A stretch of DNA of 64,000 nt, from NCBI RefSeq assembly GCF_964213995.1, contig NW_027590160.1, forward strand, positions 62,001 through 126,000. Direction: 5' to 3'. This document shows positions 35,686 through 47,785 of this stretch, piece by piece; position 1 is the stretch's first letter, and each line of letters starts with the position of its first letter. The position numbers were made by a program, and so were the translations under genes. This DNA is from Mustelus asterias. Taxonomy: Eukaryota. The notes below the pieces were generated by a model. The model searched no databases. It was not told where the DNA came from and was given only the letters and a program-made list of their open reading frames with translations.

Positions 35686-36718
35686 CATAAGACCATAAGA
35701 CATAGGAGCGGAAGTAAGGCCATTCGGCCCATCGAGTCCACTCCACCATTCAATCATGGTTGATTTCAACTCCATTTACCCGCTCTCTCCCCATAGCCCT
35801 TAATTCCTCGAGAAATCAAGAATTTATCAATTTCTGTCTTGAAGACGCTCAACGTCTCGGCCTCCACAGCCCTCTGTGGCAATGAATTCCACAGACCCAC
35901 CACTCTCTGGCTGAAGAAATTTCTCCTCATCTCTGTTCTAAAGTGACTCCCTTTTATTCTAAGGCTGTGCCCCCGCGTCCTAGTCTCCCCTGTTAATGGA
36001 AACAACTTCCCTACGTCCATCCTATCTAAGCCGTTCATTATCTTGTAAGTTTCTATCAGATCTCCCCTCAACCTCCTAAACTCCAATGAATATAATCCCA
36101 CGATCCTCAGACGTTCATCGTATGTCAGGCCTACCATTCCTGGGATCATCCGTGTGAATCTCCGCTGGACCCGCTCCAGTGCCAGTATGTCCTTCCTGAG
36201 GTGTGGGGCCCAAAATTGCTCACAGTACTCCAAATGGGGCCTAACCAGTGCTTTATAAAGCCTCAGAAGTACATCCCTGCTTTTGTATTCCAAGCCTCTT
36301 GAGATAAATGACAACATTACATTTGCTTTCCTAATTACGGACTCAACCTGCAAGTTTACCTTTAGAGAATCCTGGACTAGGACTCCCAAGTCCCTTTGCA
36401 CTTTAGCATTATGAATTTTGTCACCGTTTAGAAAATAGTCCATGCCTCTATTCTTTTTTCCAAAGTGTACGACCTCGCACTTGCCCACGTTGAATTTCAT
36501 CAGCCACTTCTTGGACCACTCTCCTAAACTGTCTAAATCTTTCTGCAGCCTCCCCACCTCCTCAATACTACCTGCCCCTCCACCTATCTTTGTATCATCG
36601 GCAAACTTGGCCAGAATGCTCCCAGTCCCGTCATCTAGATCGTTAATATATAAAGAGAACAGCTGTGGCCCCAACACTGAACCCTGCGGGACACCACTTG
36701 TCACCGGTTGCCATTCTG
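35686..36718 (-). mobile_element. Young 5'-truncated CR1 (open RT C-terminal half)
   Basis: 312-aa open ORF with [10 protein letters not shown] and FADD, and a (tcttatgg)n tail. Confidence 0.92.
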
Positions 36719-37429
36719 AGCTGGAGCTTTGACAGAATCTCCCAAACCCTCAACTTCCACCACCTGGAAGGACCAGGATCACAAGTGTGAATGAACACCT
36801 CGAAATTCACCTTCAAGTCTCACACACTTGGGGATTTTCACAGTAACTTCATCGCAGTGTTAATATAAACCTACTCGTGACATGATAAACTTTTTAAAAA
36901 AACTTTAAACACACTGTCCTGACTTGTCTGCCATCCAATCCTGGATGAACAGATATTTTATATATTGGGAAGACTGAAGCCATCGGTTTCAGTCTTTGCT
37001 ACAAACTTCACTCCCCAGCCACCGACTCCATCTCTCTCCCTGATAATTGTCCGAAGCTGAACATGATTGTTCACAACCATGGTGACATGTTTCACCTCAG
37101 GAATTAGGAGTCGGCCATTCGGTCCATCAGGTCTTTCACTTCTGTCACTGTTTCAAGTCTGGATGACCCTTCTCCAAACAGTCATTCAGACTCGAAACGT
37201 TGGCTCTATTCTCTCTCCAAAGATGCTGTCAGACATGCTGAGATTTTCCAGCACTTTGTTTTTGTTAAACATTCACTTGATTGCAGTTTGCTGTGGGTAA
37301 ATCCTCCCCTTCTAACCCATGTAAAATAAGTTTCCAAAACCTATCACTCTCAGTCCAGGATAGAAATTCACAACATTGTGTCTGCCTGCTTTCGGCTCAG
37401 GATTACTTAAGCTGGGACACATTTTCATT

Positions 37430-38500
37430 GGAAGCAGATGAGAAAATGTTCACCAGGCTGACTCCTGTGATGAGGGGGTTTGGCTTCTGAGGAAAGGTGG
37501 AACAGGTTGGGTCTTTACCCATTGGAATTCAGAAGAATGAGAGGTGATCTTGGTGAAGCATATTAGATCCTGGGGGAGCTTGACCGGGTAGATTCTGAGA
37601 GGATGTTTCCCCTCATGGGGTAATATCGAATTATGGAACAGTTAAAAAATAAGAGGTCTCTCAGTTGACACCATGAGGAGAAACGTATTCTCTATGAAGA
37701 TCATTAGTCTTTGGAAATCCCTTCTCCACTAAGTAGGAGGCTTGGTCATTGAATACATTTAAGGCTGTGTTAAGTTCATAAGATATTGGAGCAGAATTAG
37801 GGCATTTGGCCCATCGAGTCTGCTCCGCCATTCGACCATGGCTGATATGCTCCTCATTCCCATTTTCCTGCCTTCTCCCCGTAACCAGTTAAAAATCTGT
37901 CTAACTCCTCCTTAAATTTACTCCCTGTCCCAGCATCCAATGCACTTCGGGGTAGCGAATTCCAGATTCACAACCCTTTGGGAGAAGTAGTTTCTCCTCA
38001 ACTCTGTTTTAAATTCGCTACCCCTTATCCTAAGACTATGACCTCTTGTCCTAGAATGCCCCACAAGAGGAAGCATCCACTCCATGTCTACTTTATCCAT
38101 ACCTTTTATCATCTTGTGTACCTCAATTTGATCTCCCCTCATTCTTCTAAATTCCAGAGAGTATCGGCCTATCTCTCTTCATACGACAAACCCGACATCT
38201 CTGGAATCAATCTGGTGAACCTCCTCTGAACTGCCTCCAAAGCCACTACATCTTTCCTCAAATAAAGGGACCAAAACTGTGCACAATACTCCAGGTGCGG
38301 CCTCACCAATGCCTTGTATAGTTCCTTACATTTATATTCCAATCCTTTAGCTATAAATGCCAACATTCCATTCACTTTCTTTATAATCTGCTGTTCCTGC
38401 ATGCTAGTTTTCTGTGACTGGTGAACGAGGACACCTAGATCCTTCTGCACTGGAGCACCCCAAAGTCGCTCCCCATTTAGATAATAAATCGCCTTCCCAA
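37430..38500. mobile_element. Two CR1 3' fragments, tail-to-tail (+ 37430-37775, - 37777-38500)
   Basis: Degenerate RFTRL/EFRRMRGD motifs. The minus copy resembles 10695-11372. Confidence 0.75.
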
Positions 38501-38835
38501 CACTCCAGCCCAGACAACATGCTGGTGACTCTCCTCTGCACTCTTTCTAGTACAATCACATCCTTCCTATAGTGTTCCTCAGTGTTACGTTCTGTCTGAT
38601 TCTGTCAGTTGATGTTTCTGAGATTCACCTTGGGACACTCTCCTACATTAAGGTCTGATATAAATCAAAGTTATTTTTAAATCACATTGTAACAGACTGG
38701 GGAAGTCAGGATTAAAACAATATCTACGTAAATGGAGTTTGGTCACAGATCAGCCGTGACCCCAGTCAATAAGAGAACAGGCTCAAGGGGGATAAATGAT
38801 TTCCTCCTGTTCCCAAGAAACTTGGGCTCAAACGC

Positions 38836-39405
38836 CAGCTGATGAATGGAAAGTGATGGGAGACCTGGGGGGGGAAAAACACTTCACCAGAAACCAGCAC
38901 TGGAGCAGAGTTAGAGAGTGGGAGAGGCCCGGGGGGGGGGGGGAAACAACACAGGAAATGGAGTAGCTCATTCAGCCTTTTGAGTCTGCTCTGTCATTCA
39001 GTTAGACTCTGGCTGATTAATTAGTCTTTCTGAACTTGAAGAACAAATACCTGAACAGTTAACTCCAGCTGGTTATAGGGTTATTAACAGCAGCAGAAAC
39101 ACACCACAGCTGAATGAAACACCAGCTGATAAATGGAAAGCCTGTTCCTGTGCTGTACTTTTCTTTGTTCTTAACTGGGGAGAAGACACTTCACCAGGAA
39201 CCAGCGATGGAGCAGAGTTAAAGAGTAGGACAGTCCTGTGGACAGACTACTCAGGAAATGGAATAGGTTGTTCAGCCCTTCAAGTCTGCTCTGTTATTCA
39301 ATTAGACCCTGGTTGATCCATTAGTCTATCTGAACTTGAACAAATATCTGAATTGTTAACTCAAGCTGGTTACAGCAGTTATTAACAGCAGCAGAAACAC
39401 ACCAT
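38836..39405. repeat. ~285-bp direct duplication 3' of locus 7
   Basis: ccagctgat.aatggaaag...gttattaacagcagcagaaacacacca occurs twice (~38836-39106 and ~39122-39404). Confidence 0.7.
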
Positions 39406-39450
39406 AGCTATCAGAATGAAAATGAGTCAGTGCAGGATGTGATTACCTGT

Positions 39451-39961
39451 TCAATAACTGGGGAATCTGCCTCCAGAAGACTTGTGAACTCGCTGGTGTC
39501 TCATTAGGTTTTGTGACTGAGTGAATCTGTTCCCACATATGGAGCAGGTGAACGGCCTCTCCCTAGTGTAAACTCGCTGGTGTATCAGGAGATCAGATGA
39601 GTTAGTGAATCCCTTCCCACACACGGAGCAGGTGAAAGGCCTTTCCCCAGTGTGAGCACGCTTGTGTTTCAGCAGGTGAGATGAACTGCTGAATCCCTTC
39701 ATACACACAGAGCAGGTGAATGGCCGCTCCCCAGTGTGAAGTCGCTGATGAGTGCGAAGGTTGAACATTCGACTAAAACTCTTCCCACACTCGGTGCAGA
39801 TGAACAGACTCTTCCCAGTGTGGCTGCGCTGATGTGCTTCCAGCTGGGATGGAGAACTGAATTCCTTCCCACAGTCCCCACATTCCCATGGGTTCTCTAT
39901 GGTGTAGATGTCCTCGTGTCTCTCCAGGTTGGATGATTTAATGTCTGTATATTTCAAATAT
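39451..39961 (-). pseudogene. C2H2 ZNF locus 7, 5 finger units, family ATG mutated to ATA
   Basis: IENPWEC in place of MEKPWKC. Finger 4 ends HQRVY. The frame is open from the acceptor ccttttacag at ~39963. Confidence 0.6.
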
Positions 39962-40689
39962 CCTGTAAAAGGAGTTTAGAAACATCATCACTGTCAGTAC
40001 GGGATAGAAATTCAGAACAGACATTTCTACTTTCTGTGGAACATAGTTTCCTCACTTGTTCCTGTAAAGCAGTAAATCCTCATCCTGAACACTTTCCCTC
40101 CTCCCTGTCCTGCCACCAACTCCCACATTGAACAACCATCTCATATTTCAATGATTGTCCCGTGTTTGAGTCCAGTGTGCCAGGCTGCATGGCGCATGGG
40201 TGCTGTTTCACCCATAAGATGGATCTGTGCAGCACCCTCTTCCAACTGTTCTGGCTGCCAACCAGCCCGTGTCCACCCACACAGTTCCAGCAGCACCGCA
40301 CACAATACTGCTCACCTGCTCTAACAGACTCATGAAGGATGTCCTTTCATTTTCTCTGAGAGAGTTGGTCAGCCTGGCAAACCCAGTGTGAAATATCTTC
40401 ACAAATCTTTTCTCCCACCATCTATTCTGGCTGGGTTCAGTTCTCTTTTGTACAGAGTGAAAATAAAATCAAACAATTATTTTCTCTCCTGGTCACTGCA
40501 GGGAGTTGCAGCTTTTTACTGGGGGTGTTGGGGCCTCCAGCGGGTGTTTGTGAATCCTCCCCGCCCACCTCCCAGGGTTTCCTTCCTTCCCAGATCAGAG
40601 TCCTCATTGATTTGAGGCCAAAGTGTAACCTCTTATTTATTGTCCCCCTCCCCCATCCTCTGATGTGAACCATCCTCCAGTGGCTGAGC

Positions 40690-41290
40690 CAGGATGGGGC
40701 CGTTAACCTGGGCCTGTTCCCGGGAGGGAGGGAGAAGCCCCGCAGCTGCAAACCAGGGAGCTGACAATGATTCTGAAGGGTTTGCGGATCCACAAAGTGT
40801 TTCCAAATCCTCCCAGCCACCGCCTAACGCTGACTCCGCTTCTCCGGGACAAACAAGCACCAAGGACAGCAATGACACTGCGCATGCTCCCGCATCACAA
40901 TGCCCGGGTCTGATTGACGGCAGCTCCGGACCAATAGGAAGAGGGGGCGAGGCTGGAGGACCGAGCGGGAGCGGCTGGTCCTCCAACCAATCGGAGTGAA
41001 TGAGGGGCGGGAACTGAAGCATGCGCAGTGCGGGTAATGGCGACGGACGGATGGTTTTAATTTGGAAGCGAGATCAATACGAGGTAGAGGGCGGCGCGCG
41101 GGGAATGATAAATGTGGCGGGTGGGTGGAGAGACTTTGTAAACATGTTGTTCAAACCCAAACCCCGGAAATGAACTTCCCGGTCCCCCCCTTTGTACCAA
41201 ATGGAGCGGCAGGTTGTAGTGTTAGACCCGGGCTGACTGCCGCCATTGAGGCTGCATGTGGGAGGCCGGCAGGGATTGTGATCGGAGAGT
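40690..41290 (-). promoter_or_regulatory. CpG-rich promoter of locus 7 (duplicate of 21430-22120)
   Basis: Near-identical to the locus 4 promoter but lacks the Penelope insert. Confidence 0.65.
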
Positions 41291-41297
41291 GAAGCCC

Positions 41298-41660
41298 TGA
41301 CGTCACAATGGAATGGGTGAGGGTGTGACATCACAATGGAATGGGTGAGAGTGTGACGTCACAATGGAATGGGTGGCAGTGTGAGGTCACAATGGAATGG
41401 GTGAGGGTGTGACGTCACAATGGAATGGGTGAGGGTGTGACGTCACAATGGAATGGGTGAGAGTGTGACGTCACAATGGAATGGGTGAGAGTGTGACGTC
41501 ACAATGGAATGGGTGAGAGTGTGACGTCACAATGGAATGGGTGAGAGTGTGACGTCACAATGGAATGGGTGAGAGTGTGACGTCACAATGGAATGGGTGA
41601 GGGTGTGACGTCACAATGGAATGGGTGAGGGTGTGATGTCACAATGGAATGGGTGAGGGT
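41298..41660. repeat. 28-bp CRE minisatellite, 13 copies
   Basis: tgacgtcacaatggaatgggtgagagtg; 10 units carry a perfect TGACGTCA. Confidence 0.95.
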
Positions 41661-41711
41661 TCCAGATGAGCTGAGACTGGGCTGGAGTCGGGCGATGGCA
41701 CTGACATGTGG

Positions 41712-42010
41712 CCCGGTGGCACAGTGGTTAGTGCAGCTGCCTAACAGCGCCAGGGACCCGGGTTCAATTCCAGCCTCGGGTCGCTGTCTGTGCAGAGTTT
41801 CTACATTCTCCCCGTGTCTGTGTGGGTTTCCTCCGGGTGTTCCGGTTTCCTTCCACAGTCCAAAGATGTGCCGGTTAGACGGATTGGCCACGTTAAATTG
41901 CCACTTGGTATCAGGGGGATTAACAGGTAAATATGTGGATAGGGCCTGGATGGGATTGTTGTCGGTGCAGGCTCGATGGGCTGAATGGCCTCCTTCTACA
42001 CTGTATTTTA
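41712..42010 (+). mobile_element. HE1-type V-SINE
   Basis: A and B boxes, V-domain and CR1-like tail. Confidence 0.85.
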
Positions 42011-42435
42011 TTATTCATTATTATTAATTAATTACTACTAATGCTTCTATAAATGAAGGTGGTCTTGATGATGATGTGGACATGTGGCTGGAAGCTCACC
42101 TTGGGATGAACTATTTCACACTGGTTGTGAACAGGCTGGTTCAGCCTCAGCCAGTTGCCAGGAGGAGAGATAAAGTTGTTGGCAAGGGAGTGGAGTTTGT
42201 AGTGGGGACTGAACACAATGGGTTCAGTCTTCCCAGTATTTATATGAAATAAATTTCTGTTCTTTCAGTCCTGGATGTCAGACAAGTCAGGGTGGTGTGT
42301 GAGTTGGAGAGGAACTTGGAGCTGATGGTGTTCACAGAGTTTGGAAATTCTGTCAAAGTTCCTGTTGAGTTGTAGATGTATAAAATCTCTCTCCTCCCCT
42401 CCGGTCTCTCCTACTTGTCTCTGTTTCCACTCAGA

Positions 42436-42826
42436 GTGTGGAGATGCCTGCGTTGGACTGGGGTAAGCACAGTAAGAAGTCTCACAACACCAGGTTAAAA
42501 TCCAACAGGTTAATTTGGTAGCATAACCCACAGGCTTTCGGAGCGCTGCTCCTTCATCAGGTGAGTGGGAGTTCTGTTCACAAACAGGGCATCTAAAGAC
42601 ACAAACTCAATTTTCAAGATAATCGTTGGAATGCGAGTCTTTACAGGTAATCAAGTCTTAAAGGTACAGACAATGTGAGTGGAGAGAGGGTTAAGCACAG
42701 GTTAAAGAGATGTGTATTGTCTCCAACCAGGACAGTTAGTGAGATTTTGCAAGCCCAGGCAAGTTGTGGGGGTTACAGATAGTGTGACATGTCCCAAGAT
42801 CCCGGTTGAGGCCATCCTCATGTGTG
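42436..42826 (-). mobile_element. Penelope-like 3' end (duplicate of 22418-22800), hammerhead at 42529-42563 mutated
   Basis: THEDGLNRDLG..SHYL*; GAAA-GCC-U instead of GAAA-GCU-H. Confidence 0.75.
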
Positions 42827-42950
42827 ATTGACAGATCCATGCTCACTGCTTCCTGCCCTGGAGGCAGAGAGCTGAAAATTTCCATGCCAGCTGCCAGACA
42901 GATAAATGTCCACATTACTGGAGTAAAAATGTGTGGAATATACAGACCAA

Positions 42951-43630
42951 ATTCACTTCATTCCCTTCAGTTGCTGCAAGTCCCCAATTTCCCCCAGAAT
43001 GAGAAAAGAAATGGAAAGGGGGAAACATTGATTTCCTCCCAGATGTTGTCCAGAGGAGGGAGTTTCACTCTGAAGCTCATTGGCCAACTTCTGCATTGTG
43101 ACGTCACAATGGAGCCCTGCCTGAATCAGCCAATAGGAGTCACTCTGCTCCGCGGTGATGTCTCCGGGTTCCAGTGCGCAGGCCCGGGCGCGCGGACCCG
43201 GGAGCCCCGCCCCCACCCATTGTTCCCCTCCCCTTACACCTCCTTGAGTCAAGGTTTCCAGGCAACCGGCTGGCGGCTCCGGCCAGAACGAGAAGCCGCT
43301 CGGTGAGCTCCCCCTCCCCCTGGCCCAGGACTTCACATGTGCGAGGGAGAGGGGAAGCTGCGCATGTGCAGGGGAGAACCCACCCTCTGATCTTCATGCT
43401 GAGGTGTTGACCAATGGGAAGAGTTGGAGGACCGGAAGGATTCTGGTCTTCTGGCCAATCTGAGCGCAGGCTTTGTGTGAATGAAGATTGATCTTCAGAC
43501 TGACTGATACTTCCTCCTGTCGCTAATATCTGTGAGTAAAACACTTTCTTTTCTCCTCCTTTCCATTTCTTTTCTCATTCTGGGGGAAATTGGGGACTTG
43601 CAGCAACTGAAGGGAAAGGAAGTGAATCCA
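42951..43630. promoter_or_regulatory. Inverted-repeat-flanked promoter cassette upstream of locus 8
   Basis: Duplicate of 22926-23605, with an 18-bp palindrome cattgtgacgtcacaatg at 43094-43111. Confidence 0.6.
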
Positions 43631-43689
43631 GGGAGGGTGCAGACTCTGGAAAGGTTGGCCCAGGTCTCTCTCTCTCTCTTAAACCAGAA

Positions 43690-45940
43690 AATGATCCATT
43701 TCTGCCCACTGTTTGCTGTTAGCCAATCTTCTATCCACGCCAATATGTCATCCCCACAGCATGAATTTTTATTTGCTGCAATAACCTTTGATGTGGCAAC
43801 TCATCAAATGTCTTATGGAAATCTAAGGACAGCACATCCACCGGTTTCCCTTTATCCAATTCCCGATGGGGAATTTTAGAAAATTGAACAACACATCAAC
43901 TATCTCACTCTGTTAAGACTCGAGAATGAAGCCCAGCAGGACCCGAGGACTCATCAGCCCACAGCTCCAACAGTTTGCTGAGGACCACTTCCCTGGTAAT
44001 TGTGCTTTTTCAGAGTTCATCCCACACTTCTGTTTTCTGATTTCCAGTTGTTTCTGAGTTTTAACTGTATCCTCTATTGTGAACACCGAGGCAAAATACT
44101 TGTTCAATTCATCTCCCAGCTCCTTATTTTTCATTATCAATTCCTGGACTCACTTTCTATGAGACAGTTAAGAAATGAGGTGGAGCAAGTGACTGAAGTG
44201 TCAGTCAGGGAGCACTATTGGGAGCAACAATAGTTTCAAAATAGTTCTGGAAAAAGATAGGACAGGTCCACAGGTCAAGGCCCTAAACTGGAGTTAGGCC
44301 ACTTTTGTGGGCATTAGGCAGGATCGAGCAGATGTCGATTCGGTGAGTTTGTTTGAAGGGAAAGGAATGACTGGCAAATGGGAGGTTTTAAAAGTGTGAT
44401 AAAGAGTCCAGGGGCAGTATATTCCTGTCAGGATGAAGGGAAAGAATGGTAAATTTAGGGATCCCTGGCTGACAAGGGACATTGAGGCTCTGGTCAGGTA
44501 AAAGAAGGAAGCAGACATTGGGTTTAGACAATCGGGGACAAGTGAATCACTCGATGACTCTTAAAAGTGTAAGAGAACACTTAAGAGGGTATGATATGGA
44601 TCTGGCAGGTAAAGTTAAAGGAAATTTAACTTTAACACAGTCCAAAGATGTGCGGGTTAGGTTGATTGGCCATGCTAAAATTGCCCCTTAGTGTCCTGAG
44701 ATGAGTAGGTTAGAGGGATTAGCGGGTAAATATGTCGGGATATGGGGGTAGGGCCTGGGTGGGATTGTGGTCGGTGCAGATTCAATGGGCCGAATGGCCT
44801 CTTTCTGCACTGTAGGGATTCTATGAAAATACCAAGAGGTTCTATCGCGATACGAACAGTAAAATTGTGGCGAGAGAGAGAGAATAGGTCCCCTTAAAAA
44901 TCAGCATGGCCATCTGAGGATGGAGTCACAGGAGATGGGTGCGATTTTTAATGAATATTTCTCCTTGGTGTTTCCTGAGGAGAACATGATGGATGCTGAA
45001 GAAATAAGAGAAAGAAGCTGTGATGTCTTGGACCACATGCATATTACTAGGGAGGAGGTATCTGCAGCCTTAAAGTGCATTAAGGTGGATAAATCCCCTG
45101 GGTCTGATCAAGTATATCTTCAGATCTTGTGGGAGGCTCAGGAAGGAATTACAGAGCCCCTGGCAGAGATATTTGTTTCATCTCTTTCTACTGGTGAAGT
45201 TCTGGAAGAATAGAACACGCTAATTTTGTTCTGTTGTTTAAGAAGCGTAGCAAAGAGAAGCCTGGGAATTATAGGCCGGTAGTCTGACATCAGTGGTGGG
45301 TAAGTTACTGGAGGGGATTGTGAAGGACAGAATCTACCAACATTTGGATTCTGACGGTGTGATTAGGGATAGTCAGCACCACTTTGTGCACGGGAAGTCA
45401 TGTCTGACAAATCTTTGATTGTTTTCCGAAGAGGTAATCCAGAGGATGGATGAGCAGGGCCACTTTTGTGGGCATTAGGCAGGATCGAGCAGATGTTGAT
45501 TAGGTGAGTTTGTTTGAAGGGAAAGGAATGACTGGCAAATGGGAGGTTTTAAAAGTGTGATATCAAGAATCCAGGGGCAGTATATTCCTGTTAAGATGCA
45601 GGGAAAGAATGGTAAATTTAGGGATCTCTGGCAGACAAGGGACATTGGGGCTCTGGTCGGGTAAAAGAAGGAAGCATACATTGGGTTTAAAGATTAAAGA
45701 AAATTCCAAGAGGTTCTATAGCTATATTAAGAGTAAAAGGGTGGCTAGAGAGAGAAGAGATCCCCTTAAAAATCAGTATGGCCATCTGTGTGTGGAGCCA
45801 CAGGAGATGGGTGAGATTTTTAATGAATACTTCTCCTCTGTGTTTACTGCGGAGAGCACCATGGGTGCGAAAGAAATAAGGGAAACAAGTGGTGATGTCT
45901 TGGGCACACGCATGTTACTTGGGAGGAGGTATCTGCAGCC
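43690..45940. mobile_element. Old CR1 fragments with a nested SINE half (44634-44826) and an internal duplication
   Basis: EMGAIFNEYFS..KVDKSPGSD. 44297-44525 is repeated at ~45458-45688. Confidence 0.7.
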
Positions 45941-46614
45941 TTATAAAAGCAAATTACTGCGGATGCTGGAATCTGAAACCAAGAGAGAAAATGCTGGAAA
46001 ATCTCAGCAGGTCCAGCAGCATCTGTAAGGAGAGAAAAGAGCTGATGTTTCTTGTCCAGATGACCCTTTGTCAAAGCTCTGAAACATCAGTTCTTTTCTC
46101 TCCATACAGATGCTGCCAGACCTGCTGAGAATGGGGAGGGAGTGTGTGGAATGGAGATTTACAGCTTCTGGGGAATGAGAGAGGCAAGAATGTTCCATAG
46201 AAATTGTCTGTTCTGAATTTCTATCCTGTACTGACACTGATGACTTTTGGAAACTCATTTTACAGGATATTGAAAGAGGAATCACAGGTTGAAATCTCAA
46301 ACGTCACGTCTCGATCTGACAGAGTCTTATTCCTTGGGACCTCAATATCACCGGACTTTGAATCCAGAAGGAGAAATGATTGTCCGGTCTGTTGATTTGA
46401 AAAGATTTCAAACATCAGTGTGACTGGAAAAGCACCAACACACTGCCACACTCGAGTGAGAGTGTTCCAATGCACTGACTAAAGAGCTTTAACCAGTTAC
46501 ACAGCCTGAATAAATATCACACCATTCACAGCGGGGAGAGACTGTACCCGTGTTGTGTGTGGACAAAGTTTCAACTAATTGTCCACCCAAGAGAGCGGCA
46601 AGGACACCTGCACC

Positions 46615-47205
46615 ATGGAGAAACCATGGAAGTGTGCGGACTGTGGGAAGAGATACGGATACCCATCTGAGCTCGAAGCGCATTGGCGCAGCCATACGGG
46701 GGAGAGGCCGTTCACCTGCTCTCAGTGTGGGGAGGGATTCAGTGATTCATCCGGCCAGCAAAGACACCAGCGAGTTCACACTGGGGAGAGACCGTTCACC
46801 TGCTCTCAGTGTGGGCAGGGATTCACTGACCTCTCAAACCTCTGCACACACCAGCGAGTTCACACTGGGGAGAGGCCATTCACTTGTTCTCAGTGTGGGA
46901 AGGGATTCAGTAATTCATCAGGCCTGCGAAGACACCAGCGAGTTCACACTGGGGAGAGACCATTTACCTGCTCTCAGTGTGGGAATGGATTCACTCAGTT
47001 ATCCAGTCTGCGGACACACGAGCGAGTTCACACTGGGGAGAAACCATTTATGTGCTCTCAGTGTGGGAAGGGATTCACTGACCTCTCAAACCTCTGCACA
47101 CACCAGCGAGTTCACACTGGGGAGAGGCCATTCACCTGCTCTGTGTGTGGGAAGAGATTCAGAGTTTCATCCCACCTGCTGAGACACCAACAAGTTCACG
47201 AGTGA
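46615..47205 (+). CDS. C2H2 ZNF locus 8, 7 fingers, intact; recent paralog of locus 5
   Basis: 196 aa = 7x28. Same [10 protein letters not shown] start and [13 protein letters not shown] end as locus 5. Confidence 0.88.
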   Translation: MEKPWKCADCGKRYGYPSELEAHWRSHTGERPFTCSQCGEGFSDSSGQQRHQRVHTGERPFTCSQCGQGFTDLSNLCTHQRVHTGERPFTCSQCGKGFSNSSGLRRHQRVHTGERPFTCSQCGNGFTQLSSLRTHERVHTGEKPFMCSQCGKGFTDLSNLCTHQRVHTGERPFTCSVCGKRFRVSSHLLRHQQVHE

Positions 47206-47499
47206 TTCCAGGGGTTGGATTCTGCTGTTATTGTTTCTGCTCTCAATTACATCCAGGATTGCATTTTGTTCATTCTCACAGTTGGTCAATGGGGAGGGTC
47301 GGAGGGTTTCTTTCTGTTGGACTGGTCGGTCTCACAACTTTGCCTCCAGTGGGCTGATGCTCCTTGAGTCTTGTTGCGAATACCTGGTTTCAAATTTCAC
47401 ATGGATCACAGAGCGACAGAGTGTGAGGAAGTTCAGAGATATTTAGTCAGCATTTCTGTTTGAAACCCCCCCCAAACGCCCATCCAATTTCCTTTGTAA

Positions 47500-47785
47500 T
47501 TGTTTATGTCTCCTCTTCCTCCACCCTCGTAGGCAGTGAGTTCCAGGTCATTACCATTCGCTGCATCAAAATATTCTTCCTCACATCACCCCCCCCCCCC
47601 CCCCCCCCGCCCTCAACTGCATCTCTGATCCAAAACCTTAAATCTGTCTCCCCCTCATCCTTGTCCCATCAGCTAATGGGAACAGCTTTTCTTTGTCCAC
47701 CTTATCTAAACCTGTCAGAATCTTGTCACCTCCATCAAATCTCCCCTCAACCTCCTTTGCTCCAAGGGGAACAACCCCAGCCTGA
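47500..47785 (-). mobile_element. Degenerate CR1 3' fragment
   Basis: Minus strand gtgaggaagaatattttgatgcagcgaatggtaatgacctggaactcactgcct. Confidence 0.55.

Noticed and set aside
41298-41660. CRISPR-like appearance of short regular repeats (also 54852-55134)
   Set aside because: Head-to-tail tandem units with no unique spacers, no cas genes, eukaryotic context.
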